Shown here piece after piece: positions 26,053 through 39,352 of a DNA stretch of 64,000 bases (the first letter of the stretch is position 1; every line of letters begins with the position of its first letter). Made by a program: the position numbers and the translations under genes. Source of the stretch: Malacoraja senta (lineage: Eukaryota); assembly GCA_038087875.1 (NCBI GenBank), contig CM076000.1, positions 2,046,001-2,110,000 of the forward strand, written 5' to 3'. The notes under the pieces were generated by a model. That model did no database searches, was not told the origin of the DNA, and was given only the letters and a program-made list of their open reading frames with translations.

Positions 26053-26315
26053 TGAGTTTGAGTTTGAGTTTGAGTTTAGTTTATTGCCATGCGTACCGAG
26101 GTACAGTGAAAAGCTTTTGTAACCAGACAGCGGAAAGACAATACATGATTACAATCGAGCCATCCACAGTGTACAGATACATTATAAAGGGAATAATGTG
26201 AATAACGTTTAGTGCAAGATTAAGTCCAGTAAAGGTAGTCTGAGGGTCTCCAATGAGGTAGATAGTAGCTCAGGACTGCTCTCTAATTGTTGGTAGGATG
26301 GTTCAAATGGCTGAT
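26053..26315 (-). mobile_element. Rex1/Babar-type 3' tail
   Basis: Reverse complement of the 18733-19047 tail with (TTGAGT)n. Related tails at about 8845-9040, 42915-43095, 50790-50880 plus 51663-52035, and 59135-59285. Confidence 0.7.
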
Positions 26316-26459
26316 ATTTTCAACACACCCTACAAGTTATAAGACCTTACGTCTCTTTGTGCCATCTCTTAACATTATCCAAGAAGGACAAATTAAGTGG
26401 GACTCACGTGAGCTTTCCATTTGCATCTCTGACTAGTTCCCTCCGCTGAGAACTCAAAT

Positions 26460-27185
26460 ACTCAGTCAGAGTATTGAGTATAGATGATGGGAGGTCATGT
26501 TGCAGTTGTATAAGACATTGGTGAGGCTGCATTTGGAGTATTGTGTTCAGTTCTGGGCACCATGTTATAGGAAAGGCTGTCAAGTTGCAAAGGGTACAGA
26601 GATGATTTACAAGGATGTTGCCAGGACTCAAGTGTGAACTAGCGGGAGATGTTGAGCAGACTGGGACTCTATTCCTTGGAGCGCAGATGAGGCGTGATCT
26701 TATAGAGGTATATAAAATCATGAGAGGAATAGATAGGGTATTCTTGCCAAGTCTCTTGTCAAGAGTAGGAGAATCGAGAACCAGAGGACATAGGTTTAAG
26801 GTGAGGGGGGAAAGGTTTAAATGGAATTTGAGGGGTAACTGTTTCCATAAAAGGGTGGTGGGTGTATGGAACGAGAGGAGGAGGTAGAGGCTGGGACTAC
26901 TGCAACATTTAAGAAACAATTAGGGACATGGATAGTGTAGGAAGGAACTGCAGATGCTGGTTTCAACTGAAGATAGACACAAAAAGTTGGAGTAACTCAG
27001 CAGGACAGGCAGCATCTCTGGTGAGAAGGAATGGGTGACGTTTCAGGTCAAGACCCTTCTTAGGGCAGGTTTAGAGGGATAAGGGCCAAACGAAGGCAGG
27101 AGGGACAAGTGTAGATGGGACATGTTGGTCAGTGTGGGCAAAACGGGCCAAAGGGGCTGTTTCCACGCTGTATGACTCTATGACC
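26460..27185 (+). mobile_element. CR1 3' fragment interrupted by a Penelope terminal-repeat module (about 26935-27060)
   Basis: DLIEVYKIMRG...RTRGHRFKV; GCTGTATGACTCTATGAC tail. Confidence 0.87.
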
Positions 27186-27512
27186 AAAGCAGGTGGTTTG
27201 AAGCCACAGAGTCTTGGCAACATTCATTTGTATGGAGAGGAGTCAAGATTGTTACAAATTTTGTTACTGGCTGTATTTTCTCATAATCAGCTACCGTAAT
27301 GCAACATTTCTTGTTCCCGACCAGAACTTTGATTTTAAAGGGAATTTATATAAACTTGGGCAACAAATGCTGGAATGCACATTCCAAAGTGTCCCTTTTC
27401 AACATGTCATTATACTATTCAAATTCAATAATTAAAATATACTTATAACTATATCCACTTCCACTTATCGAATATCTCTTTCTGCCTTTTCATATACTGT
27501 TTCTAATTCAAG

Positions 27513-27822
27513 TCACAGTAGCACAGCAGTAGAGTTGCTGCCTTACAGCTCCAGAGACCCGAGTTCAATCCTGACTACGGGTGCTGTCTGTACAGAGATT
27601 GTATGTTCTCCCTGTGATCAAATGGGTTTTCTCTGGTGCTCCGGTTTCCTCCCACATTCCAAAGATGGGCAGGTTTGCAGGCTAATTGGCTTTTGTAAAT
27701 TGTCCCTGGTGTGTAGGATAGAGCTAGTGTACGGGGACCGCTAGACTGGCATGGACTCAGCGGGCCGAAGGGCCTGTTTCTGTGCTGTATGTCTAAACTA
27801 AACTAAACTAAACTAAACTAAA
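27513..27822 (+). mobile_element. V-SINE
   Basis: Head, V-domain and (AAACT)n tail. Confidence 0.87.
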
Positions 27823-28093
27823 ATCAATGAAATTCTAATCTGCAGGTGGCCCATCCAATGCTCTTTATTTTTTATTGGTAAAACGAATTGTCGTGCTTGG
27901 CGTGGTTTCTCTACAATTCACCCGCTACAGAACACTCTGAGTCATGTCAGAGAACACAGATATGCATCCTAACGACAACACTGCATCCTTGTGCTCAGTG
28001 GCAACAGTGCATCAGAGCGCACAGTGGCAATACAGCGTCTTGGTGCACAGTGCATCCTAGTGCATAGCAACAGTTGCAACAGATCTGGCAGTA

Positions 28094-28309
28094 CAGTAAA
28101 CCCTCGTTATAATGGAACATGTGGGGGAATGGTGTCCATCATTGCTGATTGTCCGCTATAACTGGGGTGGTAAGGGGTGGGGTGGTAAATATATACAGGA
28201 TTGGAAAAACAGCCAACAAACAAGAAACACAAGGACACAAAGTACACAACACTAGTCTGCTATAACCAAAATCTGTTATGAAGAGGTCTGTTCTAATGAG
28301 GATAGACTG
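28094..28309. mobile_element. Tc1/mariner (Tigger/pogo-like) MITE, old
   Basis: TA-CAGTAAACCCTCGTTATAA left TIR; degenerate right TIR TTCTAATGAGGATAGACTG. Confidence 0.55.
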
Positions 28310-28417
28310 TGTCTGCAGTCAGAAATAAGGTTTCAGATCAATGGGTCTTCATTTGAAATGGTTAGAGAATTAACAAGTTTTCAGCAAATTGAACATAGGT
28401 ACTTTATAAAGAAATAT

Positions 28418-28727
28418 GCAGCACGGTGGCACAGCAGTAGAGTTGCTGCCTTACAGCACCAGAGACCTGAGTTTGATCCTGACTACGGGTGCTGTCTGTA
28501 CGGAGTTTGTACATTCTCCCCGTGACCGTGTGGGTTTTCTCCGAGTTTCACCCGCACCCAGTATCTTCCCACACTCCAAGGACGTACATGTTTGTAGGTT
28601 AATTGGCTTTGGTAAAAACTGTAAATTGTCCTGAGTGTGTAAGATAGTGCTGGCGTACGGGGTGATCGCTGGTCGACGCGGACTCAGTGACTTCCGCGCT
28701 GTTTCTCTAAACTAAACTAAACTAAAT
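28418..28727 (+). mobile_element. V-SINE
   Basis: Head, V-domain and (AAACT)n tail. Confidence 0.85.
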
Positions 28728-28849
28728 CGTCCCCAGTGACTGGAATTTTTATTATGGGCTCAGAATAGTACGTATTAAGCCGAATGGAGCAGTATTTGTG
28801 TTTATTGTTTGGGGATGTGGGTAGAAATGGTTATGCCAAAAATGATAGT

Positions 28850-29300
28850 CCATTTCTAATTGTATTAGGGGAGGTGATGCTAAGCCACCTTCTTGAACAA
28901 CAGAGCCATTCTGCTGAAGGTACTGCCACAGTGCTGATCAGTAGTGAATTACAGGATTTAGACAAACGATGCAGGAGCCACAATATTTTGCAAAGGCAGC
29001 ATGGTACATAACTTGGAGGGGTACTTGTAGGTGGTGCTGTTCCCATTTTCCTGCTGTCCTTCTTGTTGGTAGAAACCATGGATTGGCAGGTGCTGTTGAC
29101 GTAGGCGGGACCAGTAATGCAGAACATTTTGCACATGGCCACACTGCATTAGCGGTGGATAGAACAAATGATTAAAGTGAAAGACGGAATGGCAATCAAA
29201 TGGTTGATTGTCAATCAAGTTTCCAGCTGCGTGTTGATCGTATTAAGTAGTGTTTGAACTGCATTCATTCAGACTAGCAGAGGGTATTCCAAGCTCCTGA
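28850..29300 (-). mobile_element. Old L2/CR1-group LINE 3' remnant
   Basis: GAGGTGATGCTAAGCCACCTTCTTGAAC...TTGGAGGGGTACTTGTAGGTGGTGCTGTTCCCA resembles, from memory, an abundant elasmobranch LINE 3' end. Confidence 0.5.
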
Positions 29301-29564
29301 GTGCCTGTTGGCCAGTGTGGGCAAATTGGGCCGAAGTGCCTGTTCCCATGCTGTATGACTCTATGACTCCATGACAAAGTCAAAGTCAATTTTATACAAT
29401 ACTGTCCAACTTCATTTCTCACAAACCTTTTACACTGATTCGTGCATTGTAATATAAAAGGAAACAGTAGCTGTTGCACAGTTCTTTACCCTTTGAAGTA
29501 CATTTGCATTGCAGGAGAACACTGCACCACATTGCACGTTGTAGGCTGTTTATGACCAGTTAGT

Positions 29565-29710
29565 CTGCTGAGTTGGTGTTGACTGAGGGATAAAGGTTAA
29601 CCAGGACACAAGGAAAATTCCACTACCCTTGCAATTATATTGGGGATATTTTCCATCTTCCTAAAAGGAGCAGAGGAAAATGGTTTTATCCAACAATTTG
29701 GCATTTCCGT
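29565..29710 (-). mobile_element. Ancient DeuSINE (AmnSINE1/SacSINE1-like) core remnant
   Basis: GGTGTTGACTGAGGGATAAAGGTTAACCAGGACAC...GGGATATTTTCCATCTTCCTAAAAGGAGCAGAGG resembles the reverse complement of the Deu domain as recalled. Confidence 0.45.
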
Positions 29711-29728
29711 GTAATTCTAGATTTGGTT

Positions 29729-30285
29729 AGTGAGGCCACATTTGAGTATTGTGTTTGGTTCTGGGCACCATGTTATAGGAAAGGTGTTGTCAAGCTGGAA
29801 AAGGGCGCAGAGAAGATTTACGAGGATGTTGCCAGGACTCGAGGGCTTGAGCTATAGGGAGAGGTTAAGCAGGCTAGGATTCTATCCCTTGGAGCGCAGG
29901 AGGATGAGGGGTGATCTTATAGAGGTGTACAAAATCATGGGAGGAATAGATCGGGTAAACGCGCTGAGTTTCTTGCTCAGAGCAGGGGAATCGAAAACCA
30001 GAGGACATAGGTTTAAGATGAGGGGGGAGAGATTTAATAGGAACCTGAGAGGTAACTTTTTTACGCAATGGATGGTGGGTGTATGGAACGAGCTGCCGGA
30101 AGAGGTAGTTGAGGCAGGTACTATTGCAATGTTTAAAATACATTTAGGCAGGTACATGTATACGATAGGTTTAGAGGTATATGGGCCAAATTTAGGCAGG
30201 TGGGACTAGTGTAGATGGGATACATTGGTCGGTGTGGGCAAGTTGGGCCGAAGAGTTTGTTTCCACACTGCATGACTCTATGACT
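29729..30285 (+). mobile_element. CR1 LINE 3' fragment
   Basis: [20 protein letters not shown]...GDLIEVYKI...WNELPEEVVEAG; ATGACTCTATGACT tail. Confidence 0.9.
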
Positions 30286-31124
30286 AAGTTGCTGGTCTTC
30301 TTCAAGTCTGATGAGTACCTTGCATCCAACAACTGCGTTCTAATACATTACCCTTTTTGCACATTACTTAGCAACAGCACACTCTTAAACAGCAAGGAAA
30401 TAAATGACCAATTAATCTATTTTGAATGTTTCATTGAAACCTTCACTTCTTTTTTCAACTCCTTCGTTGACACGCAGCGTAAACATGTCAACAGGATTAC
30501 TATCCCTTTAATGAATACAGAAACCAGAGGTCGAGTATTTACGACAGTTTCTAGATCTAAGCCTTAATTGCTTGTGTTCACAGCATGACCAACATACTTC
30601 TACATTCATTTCACAGATGCGGCAAAGCACTGCAATGGCTGCTGGAAAACAACTGCTTGGAAATAAAGCAATCATCTGCTAGGGAAAACAACATTCATGT
30701 CATAGTTCTATAACACATTGGCGCACCACAGTCATAAATTAGAAGCTTCAGCCAGACCCTGCAATGCACACTTTGATGGGATCAACTGAACAGCGATGAC
30801 TTCTATCGTGGGGAGTGTAGCAGCCTCCTGTTTAATGCACAATGTGCTATACCATGTCCTCATCAAAGTCAAAACTGGAATGTTTTGCAGTAATTCCACG
30901 AGCTCCAATTTATACTTAACTTCACTTGAAAGCTGTTGATGGCAAGTGATGGAAGTTGTCTAAATCACACTTTGAAAACGGCAAGTACATTTACAACTGA
31001 GCGCTTTAAGGCTACCTGTTAAGTTTTGCAAGCTGAACTGGCATGTCGGTGGGCATTCCTATTGAAACTGAATTTTTACGTTATATCCTGTAACACAACA
31101 TTTGTGAGGCTTTGCATTTAGAGT

Positions 31125-31458
31125 CTAGAGTTTACGGACATAATGCTGAAAAACAGGTCCTTCGGCCCATCGAGTCCATGCTGACCACCGATCACCCGTT
31201 CACCCTAGTTCTCTGTTCTCTCACTTTTGCGTCCTTTACACTAGGGGAAATTTATAGAAGCCAATTAACCTACAAACCTGCCTGTCTTTGGAATGTGGGT
31301 GGAAACCGGAGCCACCGGAGGAAACCATCGCGACCACGGGGAGAACATACAAACTCTGCACGGATAGCATCGGAGGTCAGGATCGAACCTGGGCTCTGGT
31401 GCTGTGAAGCAGCAGCCATACCGCTGCACCACTGTGCCGCTGCGCCACTGTGCCGCCC
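31125..31458 (-). mobile_element. V-SINE
   Basis: Reverse complement of the SINE consensus with a duplicated head segment (GCCACTGTGCCGC). Confidence 0.85.
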
Positions 31459-33611
31459 CATTTCAAAATGGCGTCAACGAACACTAATGAAGTTTGCAAC
31501 TCAAGAGTTTAATACTGAAGTAGTGGAATTTCACCAATAAACACTGTCGTATATAACAACTGGAGGCTATTTTAAATTGGTTTTCGACGCATTGGTATGA
31601 TTACAGATACAAATATTATATGTTTGCACAATTGTCTTGGTGGTCGCAGAATAATGCCACAAAAAAGCAGATCTCTCTATAGTTGTGAGACGGTGCCCTG
31701 ACCAAACCAATGGTTTGAGGATGAACTTACGTTCCTAATGCATTAACTGAGCAAAAGTTATGTTTTTGTTCTTAGTTCTGTCAAGGGTGAACTTTTCAAC
31801 ATTCTCCCAACTCTAATTTAAAATGCATGAGCATTTTATCAGCACATCTTTCCAGCACAGGACAGTCGATGAAGTTGTGATGAAATGAGAACCTATCATT
31901 TTTCTGCCATTCCAAGTAAAAAAATGCCTAGATCAAAAAACAAATTCCCCTTTGGTAGCGACAAAGAGGATACACAATTTCAAGAAAAGCACCTGATGTT
32001 TGTGTTAAAATTAATGTGCATGGCAAGTAGACAAATAGATGTGAAAATCACTTTAAAACATTAGTCAAGAACTACGTTCGTTCAGCAGAATTTATATGTA
32101 TGGGAGTTGTGGGCAATTGGATTTTGCTGTTTGGATTCCCACGTTAACATCTATGGTGTCCATCGAGCTATGCAGAAATGGCATGCTTTTACATTTTCAT
32201 CTGAGTTTTATGAGCAAAACATTGATTAAAATGGGCTGGAGCTCAAAAGCAGCAGTTTTTTTATGGACAGATGGATGATTTCACAGTCGTCAACCATAAT
32301 AAGTCATCCCAGTGAAAATAAAGGCAATAATACACACATATGAATCATCGCCAAATGGTCTGCGCCTCATTGCAGGTCAAGACTACAACCATCTCATCAC
32401 ATTAGTCATATGTGTTATTTCTCAGCTGGTCTGTCGAACTGCTAGCTCCCCCACAGAGGCAAGAATTAAAGTGAGGCTTCTGCCGAGGGCTGTAAGGTCT
32501 GGAGTTGGAGGATTCCGATGACCTTTTAAGACCTTTGCATTGACACATAATCTGATGAGATGGTTGGCAGAAGCGTGAAGCAGTCAGCAGCTCCCCAGGG
32601 CTCAGTCCCCCCTTCCCCCCCCCCCCCCAACTCGACAGCATCAGATGTGAGAAGCTTATGAAAAGAGGGATTTCACAAGGGAGACCTGAAGTGCCAATCC
32701 ATAGTCTCGAATGGACCCGAGGTTGACTTCTGCTGTCAAGCTTCTGAAAGAAAGATAAAAAATGAGATCAGGTGTTACTGCTAGTTTCTGTTTGTGGCTG
32801 ATAAAGTGAGGTGAGTTCGCAAACTGTGCAAATGAATAATGCAGTTTGTGTAAAGGAAAGCTTTGTATTGACCGAATGTGTACCTCTTACCCTTCAGACT
32901 TTTATCACATGAAGAATTCAGCCTGCTGTCAATCCGTGATGTACTGCCTTGGACCTGATCTCTGAATCCTTTCATTTGATATCATCCCTGGGAGGATTCT
33001 TTATAATATATGTGGTGTGAAATTGCCTACCTGAAAGCTGCCAGTCTTGGTCTCAGTATAACAGGCCCAGATATCCCATTGTCCTTGGAGCTAATCACTA
33101 TAAGTTATTATTCTGATGGGACATAATTGTCAGAGAAAAATATAGATCACACATACTTTCCATCATCTGCACATCAAACAAGGGTATAAAAAGGACATGA
33201 TATCACAGTGGGGTATGAGGTATAAATTATCTTTGGGTCTAGATATACGCTTCTCAGACTGTAAACTTAGTATAAGGTTGTTGGACTGCCTCTGCCTACA
33301 TGTCCTTTTACAATTTTCTGATTAACGAGAATGGATTTGAATGCGTTCCCTCGTATGGAATTAAACCTCTTTTTAGCAACCCCACAAATAATTATATGTT
33401 GGTGCACTGCACTGTATGTTAGTTTAAAAAAAAAAGAGATTGACTTATTTTGTTGATTTAAGTTGAATCCAGAAAATTGTTATTAAAATGGTGAAATTAT
33501 TCCATTATAAAATTTGACAAAAGAAGCCAGCCAGCAATGAACTGCATATATATATACTAGATAATTTTATTTGACAGTTTCTGATTTGATTATTTTTATC
33601 ATAATTTTAAT

Positions 33612-33925
33612 GTTTAGTTTAGTTTAGAAATGCAGCGCGGAAACAGGCCCTTTAGTTCACCGAGTCCACGCAGACTGTACACTGTACAACCCTGTACACT
33701 GACATTATCCTACACTAGGAAAAATTTACAATTTTACCGAAGCCAATTAAGCTACAAACCTGTACATCTATGGAGTTTGGGAAGAAACCAGAGCACCTGG
33801 GCAAAACCCATACGGTCACGGGGAGAACATATAAACTCCGTACAGAGAGCACCCATAGCCAGGATCGAACCTGGGTCTTTGGCGCTGTAAGGCAGCAACT
33901 CTACTGCTGCGCCACCGTGCAGCCC
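33612..33925 (-). mobile_element. V-SINE
   Basis: Reverse complement of the SINE consensus. Confidence 0.87.
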
Positions 33926-34237
33926 CAGAAAATAAGTATAATAATTTATAAAGTAATGTGTGGTCAGCCTTTTTTCTGGGCCTGAGTTTTTTTGACAAAA
34001 ATAATTAGTGCAGAAACCATTACAATTTCATGATGAAATGTTCTTTTGTTACTTAGCCAGATCTATTTTTAAGACTGCAACCAGTGAAGCACTAGTAACA
34101 TAATTGCCATCCACAAATAAGGCCATTGTGTGCAAGGAGAAATTATTTATTAACTTACGTAAAGGCTTGACAGTCAAAACTACTTTGCCATCCACTATGG
34201 ATTCAAACTGGCTTACAAAGCTCCAGAAAGGCCTTTT

Positions 34238-35400
34238 AAAAAGCCTTTGACATGGTCCCATACACGAGATTAGTGTGCAAAATTAGAGCACATGGTATTG
34301 GGGGTAGGGTATTGACATGGATAGAGAACTGGTTGGCAGACAGGAAGCAAAGAGTAGGAATTAACGTGTCCTTTTCAGAATGGCAGGTAGTGACTAGTGG
34401 GCTGCCGCAAGGCTTGGTGCTGGGACCCCAGTTATTTACAATATATATTAACGATTTAGACGAAGGCATTAAATGTAACATCTCCAAGTTTGTGGATGAC
34501 ACAAAGCTGGGTGGCAGTGTGAGTTGCAAGGAAGATGCTATGAGGCTGCAGGGTGGACAGGTTGGGTGAGTGGGCAGATGCATGGCAGATGCAGTATAAT
34601 GTGGATAAATGTGAGGTTATCCACTTTGGTGGCAAAAACAGGAAGGCAGATTATTATCTGAATGGTATCAGATTAGGAAAAGGAGGTGAAACGAGACCTG
34701 GGTATCCTTGTACATCAGTCACTGAAAGTAAACATGCAGGTACAGCAGTGAAGAAAGCAAATGGCATGTTGGCCATAGCAAGAAGATTTTAGCATAGGAG
34801 CAAGGAGGTCCTGCTGCAGTTGTACAGGGCCCTGGTGAGACCACACATGGAGTATTGTGTGCAGTTTTGGTCTCCTAATTTGAGGAAGGACATTCTTGCT
34901 ATTGATGGAGTGCAGCATAGGTTCACCAGGTTAATTCCCGGACATATGATGAAAGAATGGGTAGACTGGGCTTATATTTACTGGAATTCAGAAGGATGTG
35001 AGGAGATCTCATAGAAACATAAAATTCTTAAAGGATTGGACAGGCTAGATACAGGAAAAATGTTCCCGGTGTTGGGGGAGTCCAGAACCACGAGTCACAG
35101 TTTAGGAATAAGGGGTAGGCCATTTAGGACTGAGATGAGAAAATACTTTTTCAAGCCAGAGAGTTGTGAATCTGTGGAATTCTCTGCCACAGTGGGCAGT
35201 GGAGGCCAATTCACTGGATGTTTTCAAGAGAGTTAGATATAGCTCTTAGGGCTAACAGAATTAAGGGATATGGGGAGAGAGCAGGAACGGGTTACTGATT
35301 TTGGATGATCAGCCATGATCATATTGAATGGCGGTGCTGGCTTGAAGGACCGAATGGCCTACTCCTGCACCTATTTTCTATGTTTCTTTGTTTCTATGAT
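34238..35400 (+). mobile_element. CR1 LINE RT-to-3' fragment
   Basis: KAFD, VTSGLPQGLVLGPQLF.IYINDL, KFVDDTKL, RPHMEYC; TTCTATGT-type tail; frameshifted. Confidence 0.92.
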
Positions 35401-36569
35401 ACAAAAGATATTTAATAGGGCACAAAAAATACCAAGCACCGAGAACAATATTTTCAGATGGACCTGGGCAGAGGGCACAGGTTCACACATCAGGAGGTAT
35501 TTCTTTCATGGAAGATGATTAAAAGCTGCAAAGGTTGTCTGGAAGTGTGGTGGAAGCCGGGACACTGGCCTTATTTAAGAGATAATGATAAGCTGTGATG
35601 AAGAGATGGTAGAGTTGTTATTTTGGATGCATGAGATCAAATGGCTTTTTATACTATTCGTCATCAGAACCCAACGTGAAAGAAATCGCAATACCGTACT
35701 TTTCAAAGTATTCCTTACTTAGTGCTTCACTGTTGCATCAGCAAAACCCAAGCAGTTTCAGACCATAGTAAGTTTGGGCCAGTGGTGTTTGTTTTGTTTC
35801 CCTTAATACTTATTATCTTTATAAGTTATAAAATATAGCTGCAGAATTAGGTCATTTGGCCCATCAAGTCTACTCTGCCATTCAATCATGGCTGATCTAT
35901 CTTTCCCTCTTAAACCCATTCTCCTGTCTTCTCCCCATAACCCCTGACACCTAGCACACAACTAGTTAAATTAGTTAAACTTCCCTCCTGTTAGAGGGTA
36001 CCTTGAAGTGGATGTAGTAATGAAGATGCTCGCAGTTTGGAATGAGGAAATATTGCCTTTTGGAATCATATGATGATATTGCTGATTGTTTCTGTTATCT
36101 CCTGTGAGACTATAAATCTATCCTAATGCTCCATGCAAAATATAAATGGTTGCCTGTGTTTATCCTATGTATCATGTTAATATGAAAATCTAATAAAGAC
36201 ATTATTTATTGCAAAAGTATCACAAAATAAGTTGTGGACGTTTAATGTAAAGAGAGATCCAATCTGCCGTGGTTCACAAAATGTATTCAACCAAGTGTTT
36301 ATATTTTGTTTTGTGTACCACAAACTAAATATGTACATTTTTAATTGTTTTTATTGCAAGCTAGCTTCACTTGCTTTCAGCTTAGTGACACCTCTTAGTG
36401 CTAATTCTAAAGTACAGGGGAAACCTAACCACACTAGACCCTCCGAATAGCATGTCTGCACACACGCACACAATGCATTTACAACAGGAATATGCACCAC
36501 TGTACTCGGGTGCATTTACAATGAAATGCAAGGGAAAAATATAATTCTGCATATCCTTGTGTTCATTCA

Positions 36570-37055
36570 CTGAACATAGAACAGTACAGCATAAGGACAG
36601 GCACTTTGGCCCACAATGTCTGTGCCGGCGATGGAGGCTGGTTCTCTGGATACTTTCAGGAGAGAGCTAGATAGGGCTCTTAAAGATAGCGGAGTCAGGG
36701 TATATGGGGAGAAGGCAGGAACGGGGTACTGATTGCGGCTGATCAGCCATGATCACATTGAATGGCAGTGCTGGCTCGAAGGGCCGAATGGCCTATTCCT
36801 GCACCTATTGTTTATTGTCTATTGTCTATTGAACATGATGCTAAGGCCATCTCTTATCTATCGGCACATAACACATATCCCTCCATTCCCTGACTAACCA
36901 TGTGCCTATCCAAAAGTCTCTTAAATGCCACTATCATATCTGCTTCAACCACCAAGCCAGGCAGTGCGTTCCAGGCACTCACACTGTTAAAAACTTGCCC
37001 CGCACATCTTCTTTAAAGCATGCCCATCTCACCATAAATATATGCTCCCTAGTCT
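36570..37055. mobile_element. CR1 3' end (+, about 36630-36830) inserted in a minus-strand CR1 3' end
   Basis: The host sequence GTCTGTGCCG...GAACATGATG is split by a CR1 tail ending (GTCTATT)n. Confidence 0.75.
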
Positions 37056-37060
37056 ACCCT

Positions 37061-37235
37061 AGATAGACACAAAATGCTGGAGTAACTCAGTGGGTCAGGC
37101 AGCATCTCTGGGGAAAAGGAATAGGTGACGTTTTGGATCGGAACCCTTCTTCAGTTTGAAGTAGGGTCCTGACCCAAACCGACATTTTGTGTCTATCTTC
37201 GATATAAACCAGCATCGGCAGTTCCTTCCTACACA
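37061..37235. mobile_element. Fold-back Penelope terminal-repeat element
   Basis: AGATAGACACAAAATG (37061-37076) is inverted at 37183-37198. Two divergent hammerhead-like halves meet at 37155. Confidence 0.75.
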
Positions 37236-38433
37236 GTTTAACTATTCCTCACATAATTTTATATATTTCTGTCAAGTCTCTCAGCAACCGCCAGTGTTCC
37301 AGAGAAAATTCTTATATTATATTATTTAAATTCTTATATTTTTGTGATTGAACATGAAGATAATGATGAAATATCATGGCCACAATACAATGGAGAACTT
37401 ATTCACTCATCGGGCTAAATACCAGGCAATGCAATTTTGATGGAGAATTTGCAATGAAGCTGCACCTTGTTCTGACCATCTCAATGCATTAATTTATAGC
37501 TTTGTTCAAATTAACAAATTGAATGGATTGAGTTTTTCGAAGAACTGACTAAAACTAGGCAGCGCAATCTCCCACCGCAGAATAACACAGAATCGAATCC
37601 AAAATATGTCAAACGGAATTAGATTAACAATGGTAGAAGTGCTGCTCTGGAAAGAGTTTAACGGACGGTCTGTGATTTAGAAATAATGAAAGTACTGTCC
37701 GATCTCATTACCGCAAATTTGTTGGGAAAGCAAAATGGATTTTGTTAGTTATTGTTCTGTGGGAGCGAGAGCTCCCCTCACTTGTTTTGTTCTTTAACAC
37801 AGGCCGTTGATAGAGTAAAATGCTTTTTTTTTTTTGCGCTTTGTGTGTTACGAAGCATCTGGGAAATTTTGATGTCACTTATTGTTCCCTGGGAATGCCA
37901 AAATAATTACAACTGTGCAGTTTAGGATAACAGATGAAAATTCCTTTCAAATAATGCAGCGGGATAAGCTCTTCTACCCATTATGAAGAAGGGTTTTGTT
38001 ATTCGGTTTATCTTAATAATGTTGGAACACAAAATTCTAATCATGCCTTTGCTGGACAAAATGAACAGTTTGTTGGAACAGGAAGTCCACATCAACCAAA
38101 GGGTCATATTTTTTGCCTCATTTGCAATCATCTGGAAAATGCAGTTTTGGTTTATTTCAAAGGAATGACAGATTTTTCACAGTGTATATTCAACACTGAA
38201 AAATGCATAACTTTTCAAGCTGTTTAATAAAAATGTGCTTGCAAGTGGTATTTTTAAACCTCTAGAGGTTTCACCATGCAAACCTGAAGCATCACCGCTT
38301 CTCGCAGTGTAATTTTCAGATCGATTTTTGTTCACAAATTCCAGAGATGTGGTTTTTAATGCTTTAAAACTACCAGCCTTGTCGATAAAGTATAGAACTG
38401 CTCAGATTTCAATTGTTTCCAGATTGCAGTGCC

Positions 38434-38460
38434 GTGTGTGTGTGTGTGTGTGTGTGTGTG
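38434..38460. repeat. (GT)n microsatellite
   Basis: Read directly. Confidence 0.95.
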
Positions 38461-38549
38461 GCAAATGTTCACTCTGTAATATTATTGCTGTGTATTTTTC
38501 TCACCCTTCCTATTTCAAGTGTTTTTTTTGGCAAATTCCCTCTGCTGTC

Positions 38550-39010
38550 TTCAAACCAGAGAGACTTCATTTACACCTCACGCTGCCTCGGCAAGGCCAG
38601 CAGCCTAATCAAGGACGAGTCTCACTCTGCCCATTACCTCTTCCCCCCTCTCTGATCGGGCAAAAGGTTTAGAAGTATGAAAATGCACACCTCCAGATTC
38701 AGGGACAGTTTCTTCCCAGCTGTTATTAGGCAACCGAACCTTCCCACCAACAACTAGAGAGCAATTCTAAAGTACTATCGAGCTCATTGGAGACCTTCAG
38801 ACTATCTTTGATCGGACTTTACTAGCTTTATCTTGCACTAAACATTATTCACATTATTCCCTTTATCATGTATCTGTAAACTGTGGATGGCTCGATTGTA
38901 ATCATATATTGTCTTTTTGCACGCTAACTAGTTAGCATGCAACAAACAACTTTTCATTGTACCTTGGTACACGTGACTATAAAGTAAACTCAAATTCAAA
39001 CTCAAACTCT
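38550..39010 (+). mobile_element. Rex1/Babar-type 3' fragment
   Basis: Encodes RCLGKASSLIKDESHSAHYLFPPL and has the same 3'UTR and tail as 18733-19047. Confidence 0.75.
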
Positions 39011-39059
39011 AGGCTCTAGAAAGGTTCTAGTTCAGAACTTTAGATTCTTGTCACTTTAT

Positions 39060-39352
39060 AGTTTGGTGATACAGCATGGAAACAGGCCCTTTGCCCACCA
39101 GATCTGCACCGACTAACAATCCCCGTACACTATCACTATCATTGCACACTAGGAACAATTTACAATTTTTACCAAAGCGAATTAACCTACAAAACTGTAC
39201 GTCTTTGGAGTGTGCGGGGAAACCGGAGCCAACAGAGAAAACCCGTGCATTCATGGGGAGAACATGCAAACTCCGTACAGTCAGTACCCATAGTCAGGAT
39301 CGAATGCGGTTCTCTGGCGCTGTAAAGCAGCAACTCTATCGCCGCGCCATCC
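39060..39352 (-). mobile_element. V-SINE
   Basis: Reverse complement of the SINE consensus. Confidence 0.85.
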
